The translations under genes were made by a program, and so were the position numbers. From contig NMRA01000138.1 of assembly GCA_002633005.1 (NCBI GenBank), forward strand, positions 592,274 to 649,602: DNA of 57,329 nt. The letters run 5' to 3'. Source of the DNA: Phoronis australis (Eukaryota > Animalia > Phoronida). Under the pieces are notes generated by a model. It did no database searches. It was not told the origin of the DNA and saw only the letters and a program-made list of their open reading frames with translations. Below are positions 38,512 through 51,849 of this stretch, piece after piece; within the stretch, counting starts at the first letter, position 1, and each line of letters starts with the position of its first letter.

Positions 38512-39210
38512 GTATGACGATACATCGTTATTGTTTGTTCTTACATTCATGTCTGAGTATTTCAATGTGAAAAATATATTGTTGGTAGAAGAGTATTAGC
38601 CTAGACATCATCAGGGCTTAACTCCATCTTTACAGAGATGAGCAACCATTTTTATTGTCTCATTGATGATTTTATAAATGTAGAGAAGAGACACCGCTGT
38701 AGTTAGAGCCTTATGTAGGAATCATTAATGTTTATGACCAGTTATTGCCAAGGTTGCCATGGTCTCTGCAAACCTGACAAAAGTTTTATGAATTTTTCTT
38801 GAGGTAATTCGCCGTCACATCACAATGCAAGCCTCAACATCTGTACATGGAGCCTTATAAGGCAGCAAGTTTTTTTTCATGTTTTTAACACCGGGCTGTT
38901 ATGATTTACCTTTATCAACTTATCAACTTTAAGTTGACCATTCTCGGTCTCTGAAATGTCTTAAAACGATCTGTAAAAAGAAAATGTTAAAGTGGTTTTA
39001 GAGGCTGAGTGATGCCAGTTTACAAAAACGGTCATGCTGTTGTTTATTTTAAAATACTAATTTGACATGTGCATTGTTTTCGAAGGAAATTTTATATGGG
39101 TAATCGCAAAATATAGGTGCATGTACAAAAAGGTAAATAGGAGATGTTAGCTGATGAATAAAACAACTTCTCTTTGTTGCATAGTTCTTAGTTATACAAC
39201 ACATTTGCAG

Positions 39211-39304
39211 GCAAGAAATAATGCTAGCAACTAGTTTGCAAGAGCCACAACCAGACTTCAATGCCAGGACAAGTTTTGATCTGAAGAGAATTGTAGAGGA
39301 TCAG
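39211..39304 (+). CDS. TMEM232: TMEM232 coding exon 12
   Basis: QEIMLATSLQEPQPDFNARTSFDLKRIVEDQ; PDF...L.+I+ conserved. Confidence 0.9.
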
Positions 39305-39516
39305 GTAAAAGTTTCATTCCTTCCATTGCTTTTTATTAAATGACTTTGTGTATTTTGCAAAGATAATCCATTATATGTCTCATATCTTACTGGAATTATG
39401 TGGCACAGTCTTGTTTCTGAAACGTACAAGGTTAGCTTATGAATATTCATCATGCACATAAGATTAATCGTGTTAGGGCTGTTCCAGTAAAATCCGTGTG
39501 GTAGGGGGGGGGGGGN

Positions 39517-39749
39517 TGCAAGAGCCACAACCAGACTTCAATGCCAGGACAAGTTTTGATCTGAAGAGAATTGTAGAGGATCAGGTAAAAGTTTCCTTCC
39601 TTCCATTGCTTTTTATTAAATGTGTATTTTGCAAAGATAATCCATTATATGTCTCATATCTTACTGGAATTATGTGGCACAGTCTTGTTTCTGAAACGTA
39701 CAAGGTTAGCTTATGAATATTCATCATGCACATAAGATTAATCGTGTTA
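39517..39749 (+). other. near-identical duplicate of 39237-39475 after an N at 39516 (likely haplotype or assembly overlap)
   Basis: Differs by a 6-nt deletion and one substitution; begins mid-exon with no acceptor. Confidence 0.8.
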
Positions 39750-40009
39750 ATATTCTGTAGTATTCTATCAGTGGTCCTTTAGTGCTGATGGTTACTCAAT
39801 AGTATTTTACAATATATTTTTTAATGTGTACATGATTAATAGCCACTTCTTTGTATACCACAGTGCCCCCTCTCATTCTGCAGTTATTACCCACAATGCT
39901 GTGCATCTGTAGTGTCATTGCCTTTGCATGTCTGTAGGTTTTTTTCAATAAAAGCTTGATGGTCATGATGAAATCAAGCACAGAATTATGTGGTGATGAT
40001 ATGCTGACA

Positions 40010-40760
40010 GTCGCTTTTGGACAAATGTGTAGGTTGAAGAAATTCCTTGTCTGTCATTTTTTGACAAATTGACTTGACAAATTGTGGTGAAATTTAATAC
40101 AGAAGTGTGTAATGGGAATCTACTGTCACCAGTGGATTTTTGGGTGGAATTAACTACTGTAACATACACTGTTGGCAATTTTAGTTTTGGACAAGATTTT
40201 CCTTGTCTATTGATTATTGTCCTGAAGGTGCGACAGATTTTGATTTAAGTTGATGCGAGGGTTTATGACTGTAATGCGCTAGCACAAGTTGATTTTCTAA
40301 CAAGTTCGACTATCGTGACACCCTGTGTTGGCCATTGTTGTTTTCAGCAAGATGTTGTTCGCCTGCCAATTATAGACAAAAGGGCCTGTTGACAGATATT
40401 GACAAAATTTCAAACAGAGATATAAGATGGGGATTGGCTGGACCAGTCAAATTTCACACTGATTTGACTTCATTGGTCATTTTAGTTTTTGGCAAGACTG
40501 CTTTGCGTCAATTATTGTTTAAATGGCTTACCACATTTTGATGGAACTGGACACAAAAATGTGTGATTGGTATGCATGGGCATCAATTGGTTTTTGAACG
40601 GATTTGAGTACTGTAGCACCCACCATAGGCCATTTTAGTTTTTGTCGTTGATTATTATCAAAACTGCTCGACAGGTTTTGATGAGACTTGACACAGGTTT
40701 ATGGCTGGGATGCACTGGCACCAGTTGATTATCAGACAGACTAGACTTCCGCTGACCTCT
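40010..40760. repeat. degenerate ~150-bp tandem repeat, ~5 units
   Basis: Anchor ttggc/tcattttagttttt recurs at about 40172, 40328, 40473, 40626. Confidence 0.65.
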
Positions 40761-41878
40761 GTGGTCTGTGGAATGTGGCAGTAACAATGGATTTCCTAAT
40801 TTTGGCATATGAGTATTTATGTATGTAATGTATGTTACGTGATACTTGATGAATCCCTTAGAATCGTACCGTTAGCGGTTTAGTCGTGGGTGCAACACTG
40901 CATTTCAATGCTTTGTGTTGCTGCTGTACACTTAGTATTAGTTTGGTATTCATTACTCTGATGCCAATAAAGTTTCACTGTTGCGTAATGAGTCACAAAA
41001 TGCAGATATAAAAAATATTGTCAAGCTGAATAAGGTGCAATGAATCGTTGTTCCCTTGTCCGACGCTACTCTGGCGTGTGTTAGCCACCATTTCTTTTGA
41101 AATGTAGGTCAATCATGTGTTTTTCTATCTCTAAAAAAGGGGGAGACTTGTATTCGATATTGTGATACTAGTTGTATTTTATGAATATTCGTCATGTACA
41201 TATGATTGACCATATTGTTTTTATGTACTACTAACTAAAAACTTAAGATGAAATCCAACTTACTAAACTCTTAATATATGCATTTCATTACTTTGTTAAA
41301 AAGTAAAACTGTTATGGTCATTTACACGGGTCGCAGATTTTGATAACCAGAATAAGGGGCATTAAACCGATTCTTTAAATCCAGGTGCCCCTGTAAGTGA
41401 CTACTGCCAGTAAAACAGTGCTATTGTTAGTTGTCATTTCTTCTATGGGTTGACTGACATCTGACAGACAGTGTGTATGTTGAAGAGTTATACTCAATAT
41501 TAAAAGTTAATGCGAGATTTTTCAGGAAGTATTTGCAGCTAATCATGTTTGTCTAACTGTCATGTATGAGTAATCAAAATGTGTAGACATGCACATCAAT
41601 ACAATTTTTAGAATTCAAAAGTCATGCACTATCTGTCATTTCTGTGAGACAGAGCATGTCCTAATTTATTCCAACTTTGGTTTGACAAATTTCATACAAA
41701 CAGGTTCTATACTTTGTGAAATTGTATTCAACAATCGCACTTTGTTTGTGACAGCCTCTGTGAAGTACAATACCTTCATGCTTGGTTCATTGTACGCCAC
41801 CTGGTGACATGTCGTTGGTGTCATATTGTGCATGTGTGCCATTGGTATTAATTCTGACAATGTATTGTGTACCTGCAG

Positions 41879-42058
41879 TGGAGGAAAGATCTGGAAGTTC
41901 AAATGGAAAAAGAAGAGCATGAAAAAGTGCGAGACATAAAAATAAAGACTAAAGAAGAGGAAATACAGCAGGAGCAGATTGAGGAGGGGAGGAAGAAGAA
42001 ACTAGGCACAAGATATCAACCAAACAGTGCGTACAGCTTGCCAGGAGGAGACAGATGA
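41879..42058 (+). CDS. TMEM232: TMEM232 last coding exon
   Basis: WRKDLEVQMEKEEHEKVRDIKIKTKEEEIQQEQIEEGRKKKLGTRYQPNSAYSLPGGDR*; charged coiled coil and YxLP as in recalled human C-terminus. Confidence 0.92.
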   Translation, partial: WRKDLEVQMEKEEHEKVRDIKIKTKEEEIQQEQIEEGRKKKLGTRYQPNSAYSLPGGDR

Positions 42059-42692
42059 GTTGCCGGTCAACACATTGTAAGAGTTTTGTCTCAGTGAAGC
42101 CTTGCGGAATTCGTTGTGGAGGAGTTGCAGCCATGCTACTCTAAGAATATGTAGAATATGAGAATTAATATTGTGTATTTAAAATATGGTGAGCAAGTGG
42201 CTGGGTTTCAAGTAGTTGAACGTATACACGAAATTATAAGCATTGTTTGTCACTTAAGCACCACCTGTTGGTCTTATCTTGTGTCCTTTAGATTTGAAGT
42301 CTCAACATGTTTCTGTCCAAAAGGAACATGAAGAGCATGTTACAAGGCTCTTGTCCATCTGCAAGTGACATGTAAGTGATAATGCTTGCTGTTAGTATTG
42401 AAATGGATAACTTATACATGTGTTACATAATCTGACTGGCTGTAATTGAGTGCTGAACAGGTAATTTAACTCTTCTAGTACATTTTTGTCAATGTTTAGA
42501 CAAGTAGACGCATATTCCTGGGAGTTTCCATTCATTCAAGTTTCTTGAAATACTAATACTTGTAAGAAAGTTCATTCCATTGGATGTATCAACTTAAGAA
42601 TGCTGGAGGTTAGTATAAAGTGTACTGTTGTGATATGTTTCTGATCTTATTTGTACATTAAATAATTATTTATTAATTATATATTGAAACAA

Positions 42693-42698
42693 AATAAA
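42693..42698 (+). terminator. candidate TMEM232 polyadenylation signal
   Basis: AATAAA in an AT-rich context with downstream T/GT-rich sequence; ATTAAA also at 42657. Confidence 0.55.
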
Positions 42699-43313
42699 TT
42701 ATGTTTTATTGAACGTGTTACTGTGCGCCTTTACAACCTACCTTCAGTAGCAAAATAACGCCTTAATTGTCAATTTTTATAAAACATTATTTTTTAAATT
42801 AAAACTTCACCAGTTACCTAAAAATCACTGTTAGGAATTTTCAAGTAGCAATACGGAAGGTATTTTTGTAAAAAATAGCAGTCTGTGGTGTTTAATGGAA
42901 TGTGATTTAAGGAATAAGTGGTTCATTTAAGCATTTATGCAAACAAAGTGACAAGTACCTACTGGTGTACTGAGATAAATTGTTATCTTGAAAAATGTTG
43001 CTATATCTTGAAAAGGGCACACAAAGTATGTTTCTCAATAATATTGGAGCCTGAAAACTATTCTGTAGAGCACTTGCCTACCTAAAATGAGAACAAGCAC
43101 TCGCCTAAATTGAAATCTCGACAGTAAGCACTCACTTCATTTCCAAAATGGTGTCCACCTATTGTTAATAAATTAGTGTGATTTTGGGATACAGAAAGGT
43201 GCCTATAATGAATCTAAAGCAAGATTAAGCTATTGAGTTAAGTTATTTATTTCTGAGGGCCCCCGATGGAAAGCAGTGTGAACTGATGGGGCTATCCTCA
43301 TTGTAAATATTAC

Positions 43314-43658
43314 CAAGGCTTGGAATTTTCCGCGGAAACGCGGATTTCCGCTTTTTCCAAATGTTCTGTTTGCGCATTTTATTATATTTCCGCGTAAAAA
43401 AAATCGGATTTGATATAAAATATCCGCGGCAAATTCCTTTCTTACCGCGGCGTTGCCGACGATGTTCACCTCGAAAAGCGGAAGTTGTTCTTTATGTTTC
43501 GGAGGAAAGTAAATTGTCAACATTGCCGGGGCATCTGGGATTGCGTGGTGGGATTTTCAATGGCTTCTCATGTGATTGTAAACTCAAGGCTGGGTAGCGC
43601 TCATGTTATGGGCCGTAAAAGTTTCCGCGTTTTTTGTCATTGGTCATTCCAAGCCCTG
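43314..43658. mobile_element. 345-bp hAT-like MITE with 6-bp TSD
   Basis: TIRs CAAGGCTTGGAAT / ATTCCAAGCCCTG; TATTAC on both flanks; repeated internal CCGCGG/TTCCGC motifs. Confidence 0.85.
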
Positions 43659-45924
43659 TATTACATTAATAAATAAATCTGTACCAGACTTACCACAGTT
43701 ACCTGTTACAATATTGTACAGTAACTGTGGTGTATTTCCACTTAAAATCATTGCCGTTGATCAAGGTAATCTTAGAACTTGTAGTCAAGTCAAACACCAT
43801 CTTGGATTTCAACAAGTACTAATCTAGAGTGATTACAAACACTTGCCTATGCTCACTGATGCAAAAAGATTTTCAAGAAGCGAGCGCTCAAGGATGCCCT
43901 CACTGAACAGGCATCCGATCTGGCTTGAGGCAATTTACTACACATTAGTCTCTACCGAACCATGAAAATTTACTAGTTTCATGTCTGTATGGGTAGTAGT
44001 CTTGATCCTTCACTCAACTTATTCCACAGGCGCAGTACTTAATTTTCTGTCAGATTAACGCTTTAGTTTTTTATTTATACCATTAATTCACTATTGTTGT
44101 CAATTTCATATTATTTTCTTGCGTCAGAGATAAATTGTTTGCAATGCACATGTGCCTGTTGTATATAGTAAGTACACTCTAAAAAATTAATTAATTCTCA
44201 GACTGGCTTCTGAAATTACTTACTTTCAGTCTGTGAATTTAATTTTGGCCTGTCATTTGAAACAAATAATTGGTATTTATTTCACTGGTGCTGAGATTGA
44301 CGAGACTAAATATATTTTCGTAATAATGCAAAATGTTCTGTTTTTGAAACGTTATTTTTTAGGGTTTCATTTTGCCACCGTATTTGGCCCTCTGAAAGAT
44401 ATCTTGAACCAAGTCACTTTGGGGGCTGAAATCAGCCATAATTTGGACAAAATAATTGCAAAATGAATAAAGAACAACTTTGTTAGTACAGATTTCTACG
44501 TACCTTCTATTAAAGAGACCTGATGCGAAAATTATAATTTTGGCATATCCTGCATTCTCTTGCCATTTTTTCTTCAATTTCAAGGTCACTGCAAGAAAAT
44601 TAAGTTTTGACTTGGGAAAATTATTGTTAATGGCACATCTCAAAAACAGCTTTAGATTTTGTGTATATTTTGTACCAACGAGTAGGTGGGGTAACTCCAG
44701 GCACCATTTGAGGGGAAAATGTTTAAAGCATGTCTCAAGAACAGACCTCTGTACTTTGTAGCAATGTGCTGATAAGTTTGCATTTAGAAATTAATGAGAC
44801 AAGTGCACACATATATTAAGTAGTATCATTTATTTCTAATATCTTGCAAGTTTCGTGAACTACCAAGACTTGTCCAGTAAACAACTAATAAAATGTTATT
44901 GAAAAATCTGTAATTGTGTAGTCACATTGTCCTGACAAGACATATGGCTGAGCCCATTGAAACCAGACTGGTGCAGGTGCCAGTTGATTTTGGTGACCTT
45001 GAGACTTGACCACAAAGTCATAACGAAAAATATTAAAGCTGCATTACAAACAAGTTAATTTTTTAAGCAAACTTTTCTCATGGGAGTATCCTGAGGTGAT
45101 GGGGGACAATTTGATCACTTTATGACAAATGGTTGTCTACCTATAGGCTCATTATCAGTATTACATATTGCACAGGAATTGTGCACTAATCTTTTGTAAT
45201 ATTTATTGCGATTAACATGAAGAAATAAGCAAACAGAAACAGAAAGAAAACAACAATCCATCAAGTATATGTGGTCCACTAGATTTTGAAGACAGGTGTG
45301 AAGATTAATTTCAGTGACATTATTTCCACTTAAGCCTTACTTTACGAGGTTTTTTTGTAGTGATAAAAAACTTCTTTTCCTAGCTCTGTAAGATCAGCAG
45401 GGTTAGTGGTATTCATGGGCAAGACCAGAAACACTACATCATATGTTTTCACTAGATTTCCATGCTGTGATTTTACCATTGTGATTTACCAGCTTTTTCG
45501 TCTCACCAGCGACTCATCTTACTGCACAAATATTTTTGATTTCATGGGCAACTGGAAAGTCACGGTTAAAAATGTGAAATCCAGGCTTTAGTCCCTTAAA
45601 TGCTTACAGAGCAGCCACCGCCAGCAATGGCTTATTGATCTACGACTCATAGAACTGATGAATAATTACAACACTTCAAAATATAGCAGGACAAAATGCA
45701 TTGAAACAACCACCACCTCGTTGCTGATGGTATTATCAGCAACTCTTGGCTAAGTGCTAAACGAACAGTTGTGTATTAGGCTGTCTCCAACTGACTTTGA
45801 ATCAGGCTGAGCTAATTTCTCCAAGTCATGCAGTTCAATAGTGTTTAACACTGATGCAGAATATACCCAACTTTCCCAAATTCCGGCAAGACTTAGAACA
45901 TTTCTACTGCTGTCAATGTAATCA

Positions 45925-45990
45925 TCATGTGCTTTTGGTAGCCCAGTTTGACACAACCTCCATCAAATCATTCAACTTCTCTACTGTAAC
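45925..45990 (-). CDS. CDAN1: Codanin-1 last coding exon
   Basis: tttctttcAG|VTVEKLNDLMEVVSNWATKST*; phase 0 fits the preceding exon; low sequence conservation. Confidence 0.72.
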   Translation of the reverse strand, partial: VTVEKLNDLMEVVSNWATKST

Positions 45991-46737
45991 CTGAAAGAAA
46001 ACACAAGATAGATGACTGTATACACTTTGTGGTTTAAAAAAGTGACGAAATCTTGTATGCACAGTGAAAAGTCCAACATTTAGGACAGTCTTTATAATAG
46101 AGAGACTCATGCAACACTAATTAAGCTGAACTACCACACTTCAAACTGAAATAAAATCAAATTAGTGAGAACAAATCTTCCTGTGGAAACAACCAATGAA
46201 CTTTATTACGCCCACAATTTTATTAAATGAATAGAAAAGCCTACTCATCACGTAAAAAAAACTGATAGGTTCCATCCCATAACATAAACCAAAACAATGT
46301 TTTTCAGGTGTCACTGCAAATGATTTTAAAATTACACTCCTTTCCACTGACTGGATAAACAAGAAACTAAGAAATAAGCAAGCCAAGACTATTAAATTAC
46401 ACCAAAGATTGCATCGGTATCCAGAGAGAATTTGCGGGATCTCTTCTACAGCATTTCTCATTGTCAGCTTGTATGCATAGGGTAACACCACATATAACTT
46501 GTGGACATGTAAGTTCATTCATAAGTGATGTTTTAGGGAGTGAGATTTCACTTCTGCGTGAACAGATGGCATGTGCTGCAAATTTATTTAAACTGAGGTT
46601 CATTTCAATCATTTACTTTTTATGACTGTTGCTTTATAAACCTTGCATCAAAAGGGATGTTGTAGTGGACCTGTGGTTTCAATTTTTGGTGAGCTCAAGT
46701 GACACGTGCTGTTTTCCATAAGTTGTTTACACGCCAA

Positions 46738-47231
46738 CACGATATTGGTTATGTCATCAGATATCGGTTATGTCATCAGATATCGGTTATTTCATCAGAT
46801 ATAGGTTATGTCATCAAGTATCGGTTATGTCATCAGGTATCGGTTATGTCATCAGATATCGATTATGTCATCAGGTATCGGTCATGTCATCAGGTATCGG
46901 TCGTGTCATCAGGTATAGGTCAAGTCATCAGGTATCAGTCATGTCATCAGATATCGGTCGTGTCATCAGATATAGGTCATGTCACCAGATATAGGTCATG
47001 CCACCAGACATAGGTCATGTCATCAGATATAGGTCATGTCATCAGATATAGGTCATGTCATATGTCATATCATCAGATATAGGTCATGTCACCAGATATA
47101 GGTCATGTCACCAGATATAGGTCATGTCACCAGATATAGGTCATGTCACCAGATATAGGTCATGTCACCAGATATAGGTCATGTCACCAGGTATAGGTTG
47201 TCACCAGGTAAAGGTTATGTCATCAGATATA
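46738..47231. repeat. 19-bp minisatellite (ATGTCATCAGATATMGGTY), ~26 units; continues at 48616-48690
   Basis: Tandem units directly visible. Confidence 0.95.
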
Positions 47232-48615
47232 CCGTATTTGCCGTAATAACCGCCCAGGGTGCTTAGAAAAGTTCGTTTCAGGGGGGCGCTTATTATAACC
47301 CAAGGCCGTTGAAACCCGGTCTCCGAAACGGGTGAAACCGGAAGCTAAGATTCATTATATTTACGCTCTGTGACGTATCTGTAACCAATAAAAGACTTTC
47401 TACAAAACCATGGTGCATTGCTAACAAACTTTGCTGCTAAATTACGATCATTTTACAGAAAATTATGCTGAAATCCCAGGGCGAAAACTCGGCGACTGCC
47501 TGCCTCGCAATCGTTGATATGGCGACTTGAATGCTTGAATAAAAATACGGTTTCAACTCAAGCAAATTACCTGAAATCCTCCTTAAGATTTCCAAGTTTG
47601 GCGTGCCTAAGATTTTTAAGTTCCCGTGGAGTCGGGATCACAGCAGGTTTAAGTACAAATGTGTGCTGATATCGTGCCATCTACATGTATGATCGGCAAC
47701 ATGAGAAAAATGTCTGGACAAACACACAATGGCTATGTTGTTGTCATGTGACGTTTGTTTAGAAGTTGCCTGCATTTGTGAGTAAGCGAGCGCGTGCGTG
47801 TCACCAGAGTGCATTTGCCAGAGCAGAGACCGTCTTTTGGCCAGAGCCACGAAATCTAACGATCTAGATGTGCATTGTATCTAAAGAAATTTGCACAAGT
47901 CAAGCAGTAGGCCTAAACCAGAGCGTCTAAATTCACTCAACACTTGCCGGTCTCATGTGCTAAAAACGTTCGACATTAGTCTCGGTAAGGCCATATTAGT
48001 CGCCGTGTGGCTGGATGCATACGTGACTATCTGACAGTTATTTTCCGGTGTAAGGGTGTGTAAGCATTCACTGTCAGTGGTTATTTTATTGGATATTTGG
48101 CTTAAAAACACCAGTTATGGTTAATCAAACAATTCATTTTAAAAATAATGCAAACATTTTTTATAGTATGAGAAACTGTCGGAAATTAGTGCCAATATTC
48201 ATTTCTTGCCGATGCTATGCTACCCGTTTCATGAATGGATAGTTCCCGACTAATGCCTTTGATGACAGGTTCATGTATGTAGCGCGCGCTTCCTGGCTAC
48301 GTGCTTTTAACACTCGCAATATCAGCAGAACTTTTGTGTTCGTTCTGAGGCATGGCGGAAGTTTGAAGTGTATAGTCACGGCTAAACACCGACATAACGG
48401 CGAGGCTCGTGGTCTACAAATTCTGCACACAATGATTCTTTTCAGGACTGTAGGATACTATTGATAAATTGAAGACGTTACTGTACAATTTTAGGACTGT
48501 AGGTAAGGCATTTTTCGCACATACACGTTCATGGACTGGGCGCTTATTTTAGCAAAGTCTGAAAATACGTGGGGGGCGCTTATAGGGGCATGAGCGGTTA
48601 TTACGGCGAATACGG
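47232..48615. mobile_element. non-autonomous Tc1/mariner-superfamily (pogo/Tc2-like) element
   Basis: TIRs CCGTATTTGCCGTAATAACCGCCCA / TGAGCGGTTATTACGGCGAATACGG; TA duplication; subterminal GGGGGGCGCTTAT motifs; no transposase ORF seen. Confidence 0.88.
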
Positions 48616-49414
48616 TAGGTTATGTGATCAGATATAGGCTATATCATCAGATATAGGTTATGTCATCAGATGTAGGTTATCTCATCAGATTTTTAAGACC
48701 AGACAACAGTCTCACAATGCATTTGCTGCGTCGTTGATGAAATCCCCCGAACTGAACTGAAGGTGTCAAATTTTGGACTAGTTAACATATCCATGGTTTT
48801 CTAAAGGATGTTGTGTCTTGTAAATACACATGATGTTCTTTAATCCAATACAAATAAGCACTTAATTGTACACACCGTTTCACGACAGGTTTTTTTGGTA
48901 AATGGCCTAGTGTAGTTTTCACTAATAATTTTTCAGACAACTGGACAAGAGGAAAATGTAATTTCGTTCATGTAAACATTGTAACTGGTTCTACCATAAC
49001 ACCAAATGTAATTGGCTGAGAAGTACTTTAAAGTGACACTATTGGTGTAAAAAGTGAATTGATGAGAACATCCCTAGAGAGGATTTGTACCGGCAACAGT
49101 CAGATGCTCTGCTGGATGAGCTAAACCTCACTCGATAAATGGCAGAGTAATTTAAGTGTATTTAAGTGGCCAAGTCACCGCCTTCAGTTTCAGCTATTGT
49201 CTGCCAAACAATGTTAATAATTGGAGATTTGTAATAAAATCACCAAACCAACATATTTTTTAGCTCTGGTCAAAGTTAATAACTTCAAAAAGTCTATTCC
49301 GTCTAACAATAACCAAGAAAATGTACTTTTTGTCCACATAAACAATAATATCCCTTTAATGTATTTGGTTAACTGTTAAAGCGAATTCGAGGCACACCTA
49401 GATGAATATCTTAC

Positions 49415-49531
49415 TTGGGCACACCAAGACTGCTGTTTAGCAGCATCAAGCAAATGGCGAGCAGATGCCACGTCCATTATCTGTTGATGAAGAATGCCTT
49501 TTAACAACTCACGAAAGTTATTCCATGCGAC
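49415..49531 (-). CDS. CDAN1: Codanin-1 exon
   Basis: VAWNNFRELLKGILHQQIMDVASARHLLDAAKQQSWCAQ; gcAG / GTAAGA flanks. Confidence 0.85.
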
Positions 49532-50194
49532 CTGCAAAGTTAATAATCCTTGTCACATCGGCACGACACTTGTTGACACAAGTATGCAAGAAACCTCTGT
49601 AGTTTACAATGCATAATAAATATATTCAAATAAACTATTGTTTCCCCCGTCATGACGTCTCATTCTCTTCACAGCGCTGGTAACGACTATCACGGTGGTA
49701 ATATTCTAATTATAGTACACCTTGGCCACCTCACTAATTGTCCTGTTAATTCCCCTTTATTCTCGGTCATCAGGGGAGATTACTCTGACGGTGATTTTGA
49801 CTTCATGATGGAGTATTCTGGGTAATTTTGTATATTAATAAAAGAACTATAGTACTTATGCATATTACCTCCAGTTCTTTACGGAATTTGGCATTCCCTA
49901 ATATGTACATATGTTTTTGGCGTTAAGTTCAACATTGAAATTGTAAGATTGAATGGGAGGTGTTTTGCTTGAAACCATCAGTAATTACATATGATGCTTC
50001 AGTTTGAAGCAAAGCGTTAGACTTAAGTATGCATTACAGATACAAATATATGAATCTGATCATCAAAACCATTACACTAGAGGCTAATTTTAACTACTGT
50101 AACAGATGAGCAGCACACAAGGCACACTCTCAGACAAATCCTGGCCACTAATTTGGAAGTCCAAGTGGAATCAAAATAACAGAAATAGACCTAC

Positions 50195-50322
50195 CTCATT
50201 ATGAGCCAGTCTTTGTAAATTCCATATTTGCCTTGGGCACAGTAAATCGTCTAAAGTTGTCTCTGGTGTCCAGATGGAAAATGCATCATGAAAAATCAGA
50301 GTACAGTCATCATGGTGAAGCA
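50195..50322 (-). CDS. CDAN1: Codanin-1 exon
   Basis: (V)LHHDDCTLIFHDAFSIWTPETTLDDLLCPRQIWNLQRLAHNE; compare recalled human LSLW...LQLLLSPRNV. Confidence 0.85.
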
Positions 50323-50344
50323 CTGAAAAGATAGAACAGTGTAA

Positions 50345-50741
50345 TGTGAGTGAAATAGTCTAAAGAAGTTGGATTGACTGAATGATGTATTGTGAGTGAA
50401 ATAGTCAATAGTTGGATTGACTGAATGAAGTATTGTGAGTGAAATAGTCAATAGTTGGATTGACTGAATGATGTATTGTGAGTGAAATAGTCAATAGTTG
50501 GATTGACTGAATGATGTATTGTGAGTGAAATAGTCAATAGTTGGATTGACTGAATGATGTATTGTGAGTGAAATAGTCTAAAGAAGTTGGATTGACTGAA
50601 TGAAGTATTGTGAGTGAAATAGTCTAAAGAAGTTGGATTGACTGAATGATGTATTGTGAGTGAAATAGTCAATAGTTGGATTGACTGAATGATGTATTGT
50701 GAGTGAAATAGTCAATAGTTGGATTGACTGAATGATGTATT
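50345..50741. repeat. minisatellite, 43/46-bp variants, 9 units
   Basis: TGTGAGTGAAATAGTC(AATAGTT or TAAAGAAGTT)GGATTGACTGAATGATGTAT. Confidence 0.95.
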
Positions 50742-51264
50742 ACAATGTAACATAGTTGACTAACTTCATTTCATCTTTTAAAGAAACAACAGCACCAAAG
50801 ACGGTCCTACAATCCTTCATTATTTCTTGTGACTATATGTATAGCATCAAGTTGGTGTGAGCTGTCTCACGACAATTGATACGCTTCGCACAATATCAGT
50901 TCTTGGTGACAGCATTAATAGACAGAACATGACAAAATGTTTAGCAATCACTACCATGCTGAATATTAACTCTAACTCGCAGAGACATAGTAAACGTAGG
51001 TATTAGTTGTAAGGCAAAATAAAAAGTTAACGGAAACGCATCTTAACAGCATAAGAATCCACACATGAGTGACTCATCCATTTAATGTAATCTTTAAGTG
51101 AAGTTAGCAGCGAGTTAAAATTTCAATGTAAATATAACATGTTTCTCACAACTGAAAAGGTGAAGTTAAGCAAAATGTTTGACATTATGATCATTCAAAC
51201 CTTTTTTGATTGAACGACTTTTGTGCATTTCAACACATGTGATCTCGTTTACAAGCACACTTAC

Positions 51265-51328
51265 CCAATGAGCAGACTAAGTCAATTGTCAACTGAGCAA
51301 GGTTTTTCTTCATTGGGGAAAGCAAGTC
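51265..51328 (-). CDS. CDAN1: Codanin-1 exon
   Basis: DLLSPMKKNLAQLTIDLVCSL; compare recalled human [21 protein letters not shown]; donor GTAAGT. Confidence 0.85.
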
Positions 51329-51849
51329 CTATAAAAAATCAGACTACTTGATAGAACGTGTACTATGCAGGCTGTACACAGAACAAAATGCTACCATTCT
51401 AGCACTTCAAATACAACGAAGCATTAACTAGGTCAAACAAAAACTTGAAACTAAAAATAAAGCAAACCAGCTATTGTGAATCTTTCCTTTGAAACAATCA
51501 ATGAACTCCAAACAGTCCAGTGTAATTACTAGGAACACAAACTCGCCATATTAAAACATCAAAACAAAGGGTTCCAACCCAAATCATGAAACAAAATAAC
51601 GGTTTTCAAAGACGGCAATTCAACAGGCTTTAAAACTGATGAAAAAGCTGCACAGTTGAGAGAATACTGTAAAAGCTACAGGGACATTTAAAGCATGTAA
51701 ACAAATTACAGTTTCATTAACTAATTGGATGGAGGCATAATAATTAGACATCAATAATCACAATGAAACGATCTTAATCAAAAAGACTTAAAAGATAACA
51801 TCACTCAACTTTTAGTCAATAAAGATAGCTCCTTAAACTGTAAGCTCAC

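Noticed and set aside
39517-39584. Duplicated or mutually exclusive TMEM232 exon 12
   Set aside because: Starts mid-exon right after an N with no acceptor; best explained as haplotype overlap.
46699-47013. ORFs in the 19-bp array
   Set aside because: Artefacts of tandem repetition.
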